This document shows, piece by piece, positions 24,862 through 38,800 of a stretch of 64,000 nucleotides of DNA (positions are counted from its first letter, which is position 1; each line of letters opens with the position of its first letter). The notes under the pieces were generated by a model. It was not told the origin of the DNA and ran no database searches. It worked only from the letters and a program-made list of their open reading frames with translations. The position numbers and the translations under genes were made by a program. Source of the DNA: Monocercomonoides exilis PA203 (lineage: Eukaryota; Protista; Preaxostyla); contig LSRY02000028.1 in NCBI GenBank assembly GCA_001643675.2, positions 682,001 to 746,000 of the forward strand, written 5' to 3'.

Positions 24862-25960
24862 TATTGATCTTTTAACCATATTAATTCAAGAAATGAGGAT
24901 ATTGATTATAATTTATATTACGAATAAAAATTCTTTCGCCATATGATATATTGATTAAAAAATTATTTGTTGAATTTGAATTATTCCATTTTCAATTTTC
25001 ATTAAAGAAATAATACAATTTGCAAAAAAAAAATAAATAAATAAATAAATAAACTAATAACTGTAAATTATCAACATGCAGTTCATTTTCATAATTGTGA
25101 AAATGAAATTATTGAACCAATTCCAAAAAACAACATGATTTTGTAAAAAGCAAAACATCTTCATCACTTTGGAAAAGTTGAGTCGGAACACATCATGTAT
25201 TTTTTCATTTTTCCTAATAAAAATTCTTTTTCATAAAATATCTAATTTTGTTCAAAATCTCCCTTGTTTCTAGCACATTCTGAAAATTAAATACATTATT
25301 TCAACAATATAAAGATTGAATGGGGGAAAGAATGTAACTTCAAGCTTTTTCATTGAAAAATTATGCGCATCAGATGAGCTTTTTGTGATCAAAAAGTTTT
25401 GCAATAAATAGGTTAATTTTTCGAAATATATATGAGGTCACAAAGCATTTTGTTATTTCATCAATGATGTTTGTTCACAGTAATGAAAATCCAATTTATT
25501 TTGAAATCTGTTAAAGTTAAATTATGTTATGAGTGATACAATTATTTAATGCTTTGTGCATAAAAAGCTTGAAAGTCCGTATTTTCCCTCGAATGAAAAT
25601 CAGAAAATATTTGTATTTTGTTGTTACGATTGGAGATTAAAATTCAAAACACCTCATAAATAATTTATCGTGTCGTTTTTTTGATAACATCAATAAGAAT
25701 AAAAAAATTTTTTCATCATAATTTATTATATCTATTCCAACTCTTCAAACATTCCAGATTTTCATTATTATATGGATTTTGAAAAATAAAAAATAATTAT
25801 TGAAATCTCTGAGTAATTCGAAATTTTATTTTCACAAGATTTCAAAAATCACTTTTTGCAGATACAACTCACATGAAAATGAAAGTCTGGAATGCCAAAA
25901 GAGTTGGGTTATGTAAGACACGTTTGGAGGAATGATATCAGAATTAATCCTCATGAAGTG

Positions 25961-26825
25961 ACACCATTTATTATTCAAATTTGGTAAACTTATTATTCGA
26001 AATTGGTCAACTAATTATTCAAAATTTAAAAACTAATTAATCGAAATTGTTAAACTTCTTATTCAAAATTAATAAAATTCAGAATTTTTTATTCAAAAAT
26101 ATTTATTGATATAATATGATCACTGGCTGAGTATCAGAAAGCGATTAAAATGTTTTGTTTTTTCACTGTTCTTAAAAAGGATGAAAAATTAAACCCAGAT
26201 TTTTATAACTTGTGAATAAATATGAAATTTTTTGATTTTACAGAAAAAAATCATCACCATGGAAAATCGGATAATTTTCAAATAAATTCATCTTACACTG
26301 TTGGATTGCACATAATTCAATCATGATTCATTTTTTTTATTAAAATATATTCTGAAGATCAATAAAAACAAATGTTGAATTCTGAAAGTGCATTCAAAGA
26401 TTTTTTTCATTTATGAAAAATAACTATCTTCATCTTCTTGAATTGAAACAAAAAAATTATCTTGAATGAATAACGCATAATCAAATAATGTTAGGTTTAT
26501 TTATTTGAAAATTATCCGATTTTCCATGGTGATGATTTTTTTCTGTAAAATCAAAAAATTTCATATTTATTCACAAGTTATAAAAATCTGGGTTTAATTT
26601 TTCATCCTTTTTAAGAACAGTGAAAAAACAAAACATTTTAATCGCTTTCTGATACTCAGCCAGTGATCATATTATATCAATAAATATTTTTGAATAAAAA
26701 ATTCTGAATTTTATTAATTTTGAATAAGAAGTTTAACAATTTCGATTAATTAGTTTTTAAATTTTGAATAATTAGTTGACCAATTTCGAATAATAAGTTT
26801 ACCAAATTAGAATAATAAATGGTGT
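25961..26825. mobile_element. Non-autonomous foldback/MITE-like element: 327-bp inverted arms (25961-26287 and 26499-26825) around a 211-bp spacer
   Basis: The arms are reverse complements, with one mismatch seen by eye. Ends are ACACCATTTATTATTC...GAATAATAAATGGTGT. No transposase ORF and no clean target-site duplication. Confidence 0.8.
25970..26079 (+). repeat. Five degenerate 22-bp tandem units, mirrored at about 26707-26816
   Basis: Units: attattcaaatttggtaaactt / attattcgaaattggtcaacta / attattcaaaatttaaaaacta / attaatcgaaattgttaaactt / cttattcaaaattaataaaatt. Confidence 0.85.
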
Positions 26826-27198
26826 ATTGAGAAATCGATCTAATCTAGTGTTTTTTGCACAATCTGAATATTTGTGAAACAAACAAAATTGTTCACTTCA
26901 AAAAAAATTCATTCTATTGTTTGAGTTATTCCTGACTAATGATTGGAATATTTTGAAGTGATATTAGTTGGTTTATTTCGCTCAGACCAGAATTTTCTTT
27001 AACAATTGTAACTGACTTCAATAAAAAAGGCAATTCGTGTCTCACACGTCTATTTAACATAAACAGGTTCATAATAATCGAAACATTTAAATAATAACTT
27101 AAAAATTTGAACATTGAATTTCTGATAATAAAAATATAATGGTAATTTCTTTCAGATAGAAAAAGTTATATTGGCTCATTTAATTCATGAATTGAAAA

Positions 27199-29831
27199 AT
27201 GATGATAGAGTCGCTTAAAAATGTATGCTTATATTTAATGTTGAACAATAAATTATTTTCTATTTTTGCTTTACACATGAAATTAATTCATTTTTCTTCT
27301 TTTAGGAAGAAGATTCACTAAATTATTTTCATAACGAATTTAAAGCAGAAGATTGTTCTTTTTTCTTACAAGGGCATCACTCAACATTTCTGTCATTTCC
27401 GTCATCTTCCCCTTTTGAACAAAAATGTACATATCTTTCAAAGAATGCATTTTCAAAAAAAATAGGAAAAGAAGATTCACTTTTTACATATTCTCAACAA
27501 GAAACAAAGACAAAATCCATTTCAGGTGCACAGTGCTCTTTTTTGACTGATCAATCGAATAGGTTTTTAACACCATTGCAAGAGGAATCAAATAATTTGG
27601 CTGATAATAAAGATTTTACAAAAACAAAAGACAGCACAATTTATCCAAATAGAAATGAATTAGTTATACAATCAAGCAATACGAGAAATATTTTATTACC
27701 ACACTTTTACGAGTCACATCTATTTGAACATCATCTTTCTTTTTTTGACGATGAACCAATGTTTTGGGAAGGCTCTTCCAATCTTAAGCCACTATTGAAA
27801 AATGGTAAACAAGAGATTGACGTTAATCAAAAAATAAAGTTTGAACATTTTGCAACGCATCATTTGCATTCTGTAAGCGATTTTCTGGATGTTTACGAGA
27901 ATAATAGACTGCAAAATCAAGATGTCAAAAAAGTAGTTAAAGAAAATAGTAGAAAGAATTTATGTTTGTCTTTTGATCTTGATGAAAAAAATTCCGAAGC
28001 CAAAGAAGGAGGCGATGAAGCATTACATATGAACGATTCAGTTGTTAACTTGTCTGATAACGCCAAATGCACATCATTTTCTGACTTAAATGAAGAAACC
28101 TCCCAGAACTTACATCAGTTTTATGTTGCTGAAAGCAGCCGAAATGCAGTCAGCGTGTTTGCAGAAATCGAGGCGAATGGAGAAAGGCAATCACGATTGA
28201 GTGAAGTTCTGCTGCAAGAGATGCTTGGGAGATGGATGAAAAGAGACGCATCACTAAAGAGAGGGACAAGCACACAGCCTCAAAACATCACAAGAAAAGG
28301 TACAAGTGAAGGAGAATGCACGGACAGTCGAGGAGAACAAGCCAATAATGAAACTTCAAGTGAATGCCATAATGAACAGAGAGAAGAATTTGATTCATGT
28401 GGAATGGAAGAGAATCAACAAAGCGGAAGGCAGTTGGACAAAAGACGAGTTAATGCAATTCGCACAGAAATCAAAGAGGCTGAGCAGTACAGGCGAATAT
28501 TTGGCAGATGGATTCGCAAGCCGTGGATCGAAAGAGACGACGAGAGAAAAATGTGGGATGCAGCCGAACGGAAGCTGGGAATAAGCAGCAAGGATGAGAA
28601 CGATGTTTCGGCTGAGTTTGAAAAAGAAGAAACACTTGAAGAACTGAGAAACAAGCTGAAAGAAGGAGAAGGTAAAGAAATGAGTGAAGAAGAGAAGAAG
28701 CAGCTGCTCAAGATGATCGAGAAAAAAGAGGAAATTATTAGAGAAAGCGACAAAATGCAGCAGACGACAAATTTGGAGAGATATCTGTGGACAATGCAAA
28801 AAGAGAATGGGAGACAGAGAAAGAAGAAAGAGAGGGAAAGAAACAAAGATATAGAAAAGAATCTTAAAGCGGAAGAGGAATCTTTTGAGACATTAAGAAG
28901 TTTCGATTGGTTTCAAGACAGTTCTTCTACAAGTGCTTCTGTTATTATCCCTAAACCAACTTACCTCCCATCACATTCACAACATCTTCTTGCTTGGACT
29001 CCTTTTTATCTTTCGAATACATCTTCTTCAGCTTCGCGTTTGCCTTACTGTTTTGGAATTGATTCTTCTGACAAATCATCCATATCCGAATTATTTACAA
29101 CACATCTGTCAAATCCTTCAACAGAAAATACAAAATGTTTGAGCGTCTCTGAAAATGGAGTTGATTGTTTATCTTCTCCAAAATGTGAAAGCAGATCTGT
29201 CTGTCCTTCATTTTGCGAAAGTGGTCCACTCGTTCAGTCTGAAATTGGTTCTGCAATTGCACATGCTGATTCTGCACAATTTCCTTTTTCAACTGTTTTA
29301 CCAAAAGACACCAGAATTTCACAAGTTCGTGAAGCCAATCTTTTGAAACTGCAAATTCATTCTGGAAACATATGCAGAAAGATAAAACAGCTTCATGATT
29401 TAAGCGAAGTTCTACTGCAACAGATGAATGTAGTGTCATTTATGAATATGGAAATCTTTAATGATGAGGACGCTAAGAAGGTTATTCAGCAAGGAGAAGA
29501 CGAAATTGAGAGTAAGAATGAAACCGAGAACATATGCGATTGTGCATCAAAAACTGATTGCGAAGGAGCTCAGGAACAAGTTATTTATTCTCCTTTAGTC
29601 ATGAATGCATCTGGCTATTTGAACAAAGAAAACGTAAAAATTCTTAGAAACAAACATTTTAATAAATACTCGGCAAACATTCAACTCATAACCAGTAGAT
29701 TGTTTATGAAAACTCCTCCACAGCACAAATGGTTTTGGACCTTTGATGAATTCACACCAAACATAAAGAAACAATGGAAAAATTGGTATTTTGGAAGCTA
29801 TATTCCAAGGCTCTCCAAAAATATGAAATGA
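27199..29831 (+). CDS. Hypothetical protein with a charged coiled-coil core; probable exons 27199-27222 and 27306-29831
   Basis: The frame is open from the AG acceptor at 27305 through the 762-aa ORF. The short upstream exon MMIESLKN ends at a GTATG donor. No family recognised. Confidence 0.6.
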
Positions 29832-30231
29832 ATATTAATAATTGTTATTAAAGTTCTATTTTTTTAAATCTTTAAGTTTAATAAGCGATTATTTTGATGT
29901 TTTATTTGTTTCATAAATATCAAAAAATAATTATCATTTTCCGAAATTTTAAATGAAAAATGCAAGAACTAAACAGAGTTTAACAATTATAATAAAATAA
30001 AATTGAATGAAGGGAAGCCAATATATGAGATCAATTGATTAACCGTTTTTTTAAACGCAATAAGAATATTATTGAAAATTTAACTAGTTTGGTTCTATAC
30101 TGCTACACATTATGCAATATATATTTTAATTTCTATTTGTTCCACGGATTATTTTTTACGTAAAAATTCAAATATATTTCACACAAAACATAAAGCTTTT
30201 TTTATTAAAACAAAAATTAAAAAAATTATTT

Positions 30232-33200
30232 ATGCACCAAGGATTTGACGAAGAAGTTTCTCAAGTTTGAAATATATATTCTTTTGATTATATTCTTTGG
30301 TTATTATTCAAAATGAAAATTTGAATTGGATATATTCATTTCAGGAAATTGGCATATTGAAAACTGATAATCTTATCACAACGTCTCAACAAGATGCGCC
30401 AACGACAACATATGCCGATTTTGATGCTTTAAAAAATACATCTGATAACGAAACGAATTCTATGTCAAATTCTTTAAAAGAGATTTCAAGTCAAGAACAA
30501 AATGATCAAATTAGTCGCAAACGTGCTCATTCTTCACATTCAAAATCAAGTAAGCGAGATGCTTTTTGCAAGAGAAGAGAAATATTTCGACTTTCTTCAA
30601 GATCATATTATAAAACTTTTTCACAAGAAGAACAAGCGCTCCAAGATTTTGACTCACCAACAAAAGAGTCTCCAACAGCTTCAAATGACAGTTTTAAAAT
30701 CGAATTATTTGTGATTGAAGATAGTGACGAAGAGAAACCAGAAGAATTAAAAACAGATAAGAAAGCGGAAGTTACAGAAACTATTGATGAAAATACTCAA
30801 GATAAATTGCGATTAAAGCGTGTATTTGTTGATGCTGACACATTGCTTGGAGATGGTACAAAGAAGAATTTGCGGAAGCGTCGAGGGCCTGAGATTCTCC
30901 AGAAATTGATCCAAAAAAGCGATGACGGGAATACACAAAGCACGCAGAATGGGTCGAAAGATGAACTGAAAGACGTTCGATGGAGAACATTGGCAAGTGT
31001 TGAATTGGAAGTAGAAGCAGAGATGGAGCGAGTGGCAGCGAGGATGGAGAACGAGAAGAAGGCGCTGAGAAAGAAATGGCGAAAGTACATGGCAGCAAAA
31101 GGAGACTTGAGATATGACGATTCCGAAGATGACGAACAAGACAAAAAGAAAGAGCAAAACACAGAAACATCATCGTCAATTCCTTCTCCTTTGTCTGATT
31201 CTGGATTTGGATCGAGTTCAAAAGAGAGCGAATCAGACGACGAAGATAGCAGCGAAGAGGATTCTGTTGTTCAGAAGCTCACTGAGCGTAATCTGCGGAT
31301 CAGAAAGCTGCGAGACATGCTGTATCGCTACAAGGAGTACTACATGAAGCACGACTCCAACGGGAAGAGGAGGACAGGCACAGACATGCGGTCGCTGCTG
31401 CTGTCTGGAGAGAAGGATCGTGTGTGTCTGAAGTGGGAGCCGTGGATGGAGACGGAATCAGACGAGGAATTGGAGTGGGAGACGGTGGACAGCAAGGAGG
31501 AGGAAGAAGAGATCGAAGAGAAAGAGAAAGAGAAAGAAGGGAAAAAGAGTGGAGAAGGGAATGAAGATGAAGAAGTGCAGCTGATCAAGGTCTGCGAGGT
31601 GGATGACAAGAAAGTGAAGAAAAGATGGGTTGACTTGGATGATGAAGATCTGCGGAAAGAAGATGAAGAGTGGGAAGCAGCAGAGCGCGACAGGATGGCT
31701 AAGATAAGAGAACGGCGAAGGGCGATGCAGCTCAAGCGGAAGGAGATGGAAAGGAGGAGGCGACTGCAGGAGCAACGAGAACGAGAAAAAGAGCAGAAGA
31801 AGGAAGAAGCTGAACAGAATGCTCTGATAGAAAGCTTGGAGATGCAGAAAATGAAGAAAGAGAAAGAACTAGCGGAGCTGGGGAATATGATGAATGACAC
31901 GACATTTAAGGAAGAAGAGAATGAAACATTGGATGAAGGCAAAAGCACCAGAAAACAGAAAAAAGCAGAAAAAGCAGAAAAAGCAGAAAAAGCGGAAAAA
32001 GAGAGTAAAGCAAAGAAAGCGAGCGGAAAGCCAAAGACCAAAAAAGAGCTGGCAGAAATCGCCGAAAACCGCTCAAGTTTTGTGAAGCAGTATGCAAAGC
32101 AGATAACAAAGGAGATTGAAAGGAGGAAGAAAAGAGGGCTGTACAACGAAGACAGCGACTGGTACGAGCCGCTGGATGCGATGAAGCTGCTGAAGTGGCT
32201 GGAAGAAGACAGAGAAAACGAAGCAGCAGCTGAGTGTGAGAATGCAGATGCCAATGCAGAGAATAGCTGTGGCGGGACAATCACAGAAGGAAGAGAAGAG
32301 CAGATCAATGTGGAGCTAGTCAATGAGAATCAAAGCTCGCACAAATCTGTTCAGCTGTTCAAAGAACAAGCAATGCTGACAGATCTGCTGAAAGAGCTGC
32401 TGGTTGTCGAAGGAGATGAATGTGGAGACGCCGATGAAGAGGAAATGAACGACGACGACACCAATGAAACAAGAAAAGGCACAAACCTTTCGCTTTTTTC
32501 TTTCTTTGAGGCGAAGCCGAGTTTAGATGCTTCCTCTTCTGCCTCTGCCTCTGCCTCTGCTTTTACAACTGCAAGTGATGCAGATAGTACTGGTGAAGAT
32601 GATGAAGACGATATGTTTTCATTTGCATTTGATGAGACGCTCTGTAGAAATGTTCCTCTGAACGAAATCGGCTTCTCCAAGCTAGATACAAAAGGAACTG
32701 CCAACAATTCACACAGAACAGCAGATGGCAGTAAAGACAGTGCAGACAATTCCGTTTTGGATTCGATTGGAGGGAAGTCAGATGGCTCTTATCGGGTGAA
32801 TATGGACAATAAGTCATTTGGAATGATGAATGGCTTTTTTGACGATGCGTTAGGAGAAGGCAAAGGAGCAATGGATGAGGAGGAGGAGGAGGACAACGAA
32901 AGTGTTGTGTTTGTGAAGAAAGTGCAAGCGAGTGGAGAAGGCACAGAACTTCAGGAGGAAGAAAAACAGGAGAGAGAACGGGCGATGGAGAGAGAGAAGC
33001 GAAGGATTGTTAGAAGTGAGCTTTTGGAGGCTGTTGACAGAAGAAGAGACGAAGAAGAAGACGATGAATCTCTTCCATCTGAATCAGAAACAGACAGCAA
33101 TGAAAGCGATGATGATGACGACGATGAGGATGAAGAAGAGGAAGAAGAGGAAGAAGAAGACGAAGGTGCTGATGAAGATGAGGCAAATGAAAACATCATC

Positions 33201-35744
33201 AATAAAAGTACAAACAAAGAAGATACACACAATGGAAGCAGTGATTTAGACTCTTCTAACAAGAAAAAGAAGCAACAGAAGCAAAGCAAGCTGAGTGCAG
33301 GCAGCCGAATTGAGATGTCTATTGTGATTTCAGACGAAGACACATCTGAAAGCAACGAAGAGACAGAGGAAAGCGGATCTCAAAGCAGAAATAGCAAAAG
33401 GAGGATGGTTCGGAAGACTCCGAAATCGAAAGAGAACTTGGAGATATTTGGAGAGAAGAGGAAGAAGGAAAAGAAGAAGAAGAAGAAGAAAGAAAAGAAA
33501 AACAAAGAGAATGAAAAACACAAGAAATTAGCAGGAGTGAAAATAATTCCTGAGACAAATCACACAAAGCAGCTTAGCAAAGAAGAAAAAGCTGAGAGAA
33601 AGCGAAGGAAAGCTCAGCAGAAGCAGAAGAAGCAGAAGATGGAAGAGCAAAGACGGCTGCTGAAGCTGCAGGACGAGAGGAGAAACCACACGCTGTGCGA
33701 GCTGTGTGGCGTGCGCAGTTGGATGCTTGTGTTCAGAGACAGGATGAAGAAGATGAAGAAGGAAAGAAGAGCGCAGAGAAGGAAGAGAGAGGCAGAAAGA
33801 GCAAAGCAAAGGAAAATGATGGAGCTGCGCATTTTGGAGCAGGAAGAGGACATCGAAGTGGTAGAAGAAGATGCGAAGTTGGAGAAAGAGGAAGGGAAAG
33901 CAGCTGAAAATGCACCAAAAATAAAGTCAAAGCGAAAGCCAGGGAGAGCCAAGCAGGTTTCGCCTTCGCAAAGCTTGCGTGACATGCAGCTGAAGTACTT
34001 GAAAGAAGACCAGGCGGAGGAAAGGCTGATTGAGCAGCAGGAGCGCAAAGACGACGAGAACGAGGCAGAAGACGCGCTCAAACAAGAGAGAGAGTTGCTC
34101 ACAGACTGTCTGATGAGCCTTGTGGACTTCTCAGCAATACCACTTGCCCCGTTCCTTCCATTCACAATGTCCCCTCTGGCGATGCTGCAGTCAACACTGT
34201 CTCCTTCTCAAACCACGTCTCATTCGTCTCAGCGCTCGTTCCCTTACATCCTGCCCCACATTGTGGCTTCTCTCCATTCCAAACCCCCTCAACCATCTCA
34301 ACCATCTCAACCTCCTCAATCTTCTCAGCCTCAGACTCCTCCTGTTGTCCCTCAGATTCCCCAGCATTTCAGCCAGCCAGCACCTTCTCCCTTGATTATG
34401 TTTACCAATCCTTCTCCTTTCCCGCTCTTGCCAGTGTCTGGCCACACATCGCTTCCAGCTTCTAATCCACCACTTCAAAAGCCAACCACTTCAGTCATTT
34501 ATTTTGGACTTCCACCAACTTCTTCCCCAACATCTAGCTCATCATCATCTTCTTCTTCCACTTCTTCTTCATCTTCTTCTTCGTCTTCTACATCATCTTC
34601 ATCTTCTCCTTCCTCTGCTCCCACTTCTGCTGCAACCCCTACGACTCCTCTGACTCCTGCAGCCACTACAACCGTCTCTTCCTCTTCTCCTTCTCCAGTT
34701 CCTGTGTCTGCAAATGCTTCTGCCACAACAATTACAGCTGCACCTGCCTCAGCACAAGCACCAGCATTATTAACACCCACAATAATGCCAACATTAATAC
34801 CAACATTAACTCCCATATTAACACCATCAGCTGCTGCTTCTTCGTTTTCATCTTCGCCTTCGCCTTCTCCAATCTCTTTGCTGCCAAAATTGCCACCGTT
34901 GACAGCATCTCCTCCATTCCCTTCAACTCCGTTCTTCTTTCCCCGTCCCGGCTTTTCCGAGCATTCTGCTTCTCGCTCCGCTCATTCTCCAGCTATTTCT
35001 CCGATCTCCCCAATTTCTCCGATTTCACTGTCTTCTCCATCTTCTCCGTCAGTTCCTTCTTCTCCTCGTCCAGCACAAACCCTTCCTCCGTTCTTTGCCA
35101 CACTTTCTCTTCCGCTCCGTCGTCATGTTTTAGAGTGGGTGAATTCGATTGTAGCTTCGTGTGTGAAAGAGAAAGAGAAGGAGAGGGCAATGCTTCTTCG
35201 CAATGTGCGGATCAAAATCGAACAGACCACGCTTCAAAACAGAGCATTCAATCAAATTGCAAACAAAGGAAATTATGGCGCTTCGTATGAATACGGCTCA
35301 TCACCGTTTCAGAAGCAGGAGAACGACAGTACGAGCATAAAACCTGAAGTAAAGCTACAGTCAGATGTGATTGATATCAAAACTGAAGCTCCTCAACCTC
35401 AAAAGACGAAAACACCTGTGATACAGAAAGAGACTAATGAGAAAAAGGAAAGTGAAGCTGTGGAATCAAATGCAGAACTTACTCAAAGCGACTTGGATGA
35501 TTTGTCAAATGACTCGAATGATGAGCAGGTGTTTTTCATCAAAGGAGATACTGGAAAAGAAAGTGCAAAGATAAAAAGAACCAGAATTAGAAACAGAAGG
35601 CTCAGAGAGGAACGTCGAAGGCAGAAGCTCAAAATGCTTAGTACTCTGACCATGCAGCAGTTAAATATAAAGTTTTTGGAATGGGAAATAGATAGGATGC
35701 AGAAGAGTGCAAGACAACTTAGAAAACAGCTTACAAATAAATGA
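30232..35744 (+). CDS. Large hypothetical low-complexity protein (Glu/Lys coiled coils, acidic tracts, Pro/Ser-rich C-terminal region)
   Basis: 5.4-kb open frame. Probable first exon MHQGFDEEVSQ, with a GTTTG donor and a CAG acceptor at 30344. Confidence 0.7.
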
Positions 35745-35802
35745 ATGATGAAAAAAGGGCATTGATCAGTTATTTTTTTAAATTTATTTTTTTCTTTCTA
35801 AA

Positions 35803-38800
35803 ATGGCAATTGATGTTGATGAGTTAATAACAAAATTATCAAACATTGATTCACCTGTTTTTGTAACAACGTTTAGTACAATGTGGGAAAACATTTCAAA
35901 TGGTTTCAGAAATTTTCAATAATTAATTTATGCGTGTTTATTACAACTTAAATTAAATAGGTTCAACAGCAAGGAAATTGTTAGAAAAAAATATAATTGA
36001 AATTTTACTTCCAGCTTTTGATTTACCTCAGCCTGCAATTATTAGAGGGCTTATTTCTGTTTTCACTGTATTTCTTCTGAAAGGTTTTTTTGGATAATAT
36101 ATTATGCATGATTTAATGTAAAAGCTATTTAGGAGGACAACACAAAATGGCAGGAACGTCTTTAACAACAAAACTTATGCAAATACTACAAAATCCTTGT
36201 ATGTGTAAAACTAGGTTTTTTTTATTGAAATATTCAAATACTTTTTGTAGTATTTTTTCAACTTCGAGAATTTGTGTTACGGTTCATTTCATTGACATTC
36301 TCTTCAAAGTCTATTGTTCAAGATGCCAAAGCAAGTGGACTTGTATCTGAGCTTCATAATCATTTAACCCTTCCACTATCGCAAGCGAAGCATAGCGTCT
36401 TCACAGTATTGAAAAATCAAAAAGTCCTTGACCTATCGAAAATTCCTGAGGCTGTTGTAAAAGAATTTGAAGGCAGTCGAGGAAGACTTCCATCTGAAGA
36501 AATGGGTTATGACTTCACTTCTCAAGATAAAGCAACTCTGGCAGAACTCGCAGAAAAGCTCAACACAACAAGCATTTACACTCCACCCCTTCAAGCACCA
36601 TCGCCAAAGCCTAAACCAGAAACCAATCCTTTTCTATTGGCTCAATCAAGATCGTCAACTCCATCTCTTCCTGCTCCTTCTGATTCTTCTGACTCCTCTC
36701 CATCTCATTCACAAGCATCTCCATCTTCTTCTTCAAATGAAAATGCACCAAGTTCTTCTCATTCATCTGCTTTTTTGCGTCTACAGGAGATGAGTCGAAA
36801 GGCTCTTGAGCAGGCAAAAAAGGATGAGACGAATTCGAAGCAAAGCGATGAAACTAGTGGAGTAAAAGCAGGAAAAGGAGAAGAAAAAGAATCCATAAAC
36901 GACGTGATGAAGAGATACAGAGAGATGCAGGAGAAGTTGCGAAAGGACAGAGAAGAACGGCAGAAAAAGCTGAAGGAGGATTTGGAGAAGATTGAAGATT
37001 CATCGAAGAAAGAGGAAGCAACTGATGGAGGCAAAGAGGATGAGAGGGAAAAGAAGCTCAGAATCTATAAAGAACTTCAAGAAAAGAAGAAGAAAGAGAA
37101 AGAAGAAAAAGAAAAGATGCAATCACAAAAAGAGCAAAAGAATGATAAGAAAGAAGCAGAAGAAGATAAAAAAGAGAAAGGAGAAAGAGAAGAAGGCGCT
37201 TCGATAAGGCAGTTGCGAAATGCATCAGGGAGAAGATCGTCTCATTTGAGTTTTAGTGAGACATTTGCAGTTGAGCCAGACGAAGAAGACGATGGGAAAG
37301 CAGATGACAAAGAAAAAGGCTCTGAAGAGAACAATGAGGAAGTTAGAAGCGATGAATTAAGAGAAGGAGAAAATGGCTTTGATGGAAATGAAGAAACACC
37401 ATCAACTGCAGACGATAACATTCCGCCTCCTCCCTCGACTCCTCCTCCACCGTCCAGCCCACCCCCTCCATTTTCCTCAGAATCGTCCACACCAGCACTC
37501 CCACCCGCATCTCCTCTTTTGTCAACGTCGCTATCTGAAGTTATCCCGTCCACGCCGACTTCACTTGCCTCAGATCTCCCGCAGCTCTCACCTCTTTTCA
37601 CTCCCCCTGAAATCACACCTCTGATGCCCCCTTCGACTGCTGCAACGTCCACTGTGCCCAGTCCAATTCCGCCGAGTTCTCCAAAACTGAGCTTGTCCCC
37701 CGTGCAAAGCGAGGCTGATGAAAACAAGAAACAAGAGGAGACATCAATCGAAAACAAAAACGATGAAAAAAAGAAAGCCAAAAAGAAAACCGAAGAAAAG
37801 ACAATAAAAGGATACTTGCCAAAAATAATCACCAGAACTAAAGAAGATGCTTTGTTCACCCCTAACCAATCTTCTCTTCCAATTGATAATACAAAAGTTG
37901 ATTCTCACTCCTCTCCTCCGAATTATGTGCTTAACTTTGCACAGGCATCAAGTCCTCCTTCTGCGTCATCGGCTGCACCTCTTCTTCAGCCTATCGCTGC
38001 AAGCGATGTCAGTTTGATTTCAATCAAACCACCTCAGCATCCTCCCCAGCCTTCTCAAAATGAGAGCATTTTGGAAGAAAAGCTGAAGAAAAGCGAGAAG
38101 CAACTCGGAAAGGAAAAAGAAGCGAAAGAAAAGTTGTATTATGTTGCAAAGGCAATCACAAACGTGTTTGAAGAGAAAGAAAAACAGACTTCAAAGGGAA
38201 GCAAAGGCACCTCCGAGTTATTTCCACAGCAACTCACGTTTGATTACATCACTCAGCAGCTTCCTCGTCTGCCTACTTCAGCCACACTTCTGTCTCAGAC
38301 AACAGATTTGAAGGTTCTTTCAGAGCCTCTTTTGCAACTTGCGAACAAAGTGTTGTCGTTGCAGTCAACAATTGGCACGTTGGCGGACGAAGTCTCTTCT
38401 TTGAAGGAAACAATCGCTGCGACTGCTGCTTTGACTGCTAACAATGAAACGTTTTCTGCTTCCGCTTCATCTTCATCACCATCTTCTTCATTATGCTCAT
38501 CTGATTCACAATCACCACTTCAACAACAAGATTCACTTCAAACGCCTTCACTTCAGCCATCTTTAGACACGTCAATCCAAGCATCCTTTTCACCCTTGAA
38601 TTCGTCTTCGTCTCAATCTCCACTTGATTTGTCTTCTTCATCACAAGAAACAACATCTCAACAAGATTCCGCCTTGCCTTCTCTGTCTCTTTCATCCACA
38701 TCACCTTCTCCCATCTCTTCTGATTCTGAAGAGAAAATGCTTTCCTCATCAGCTTCCTCATCAGCACCATCACCTTCAGAGGAAGAAGCTCATAAAGCAG

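Noticed and set aside
25970-26079. CRISPR array
   Set aside because: The units are contiguous with no spacers, there are no cas genes, and the context is eukaryotic.
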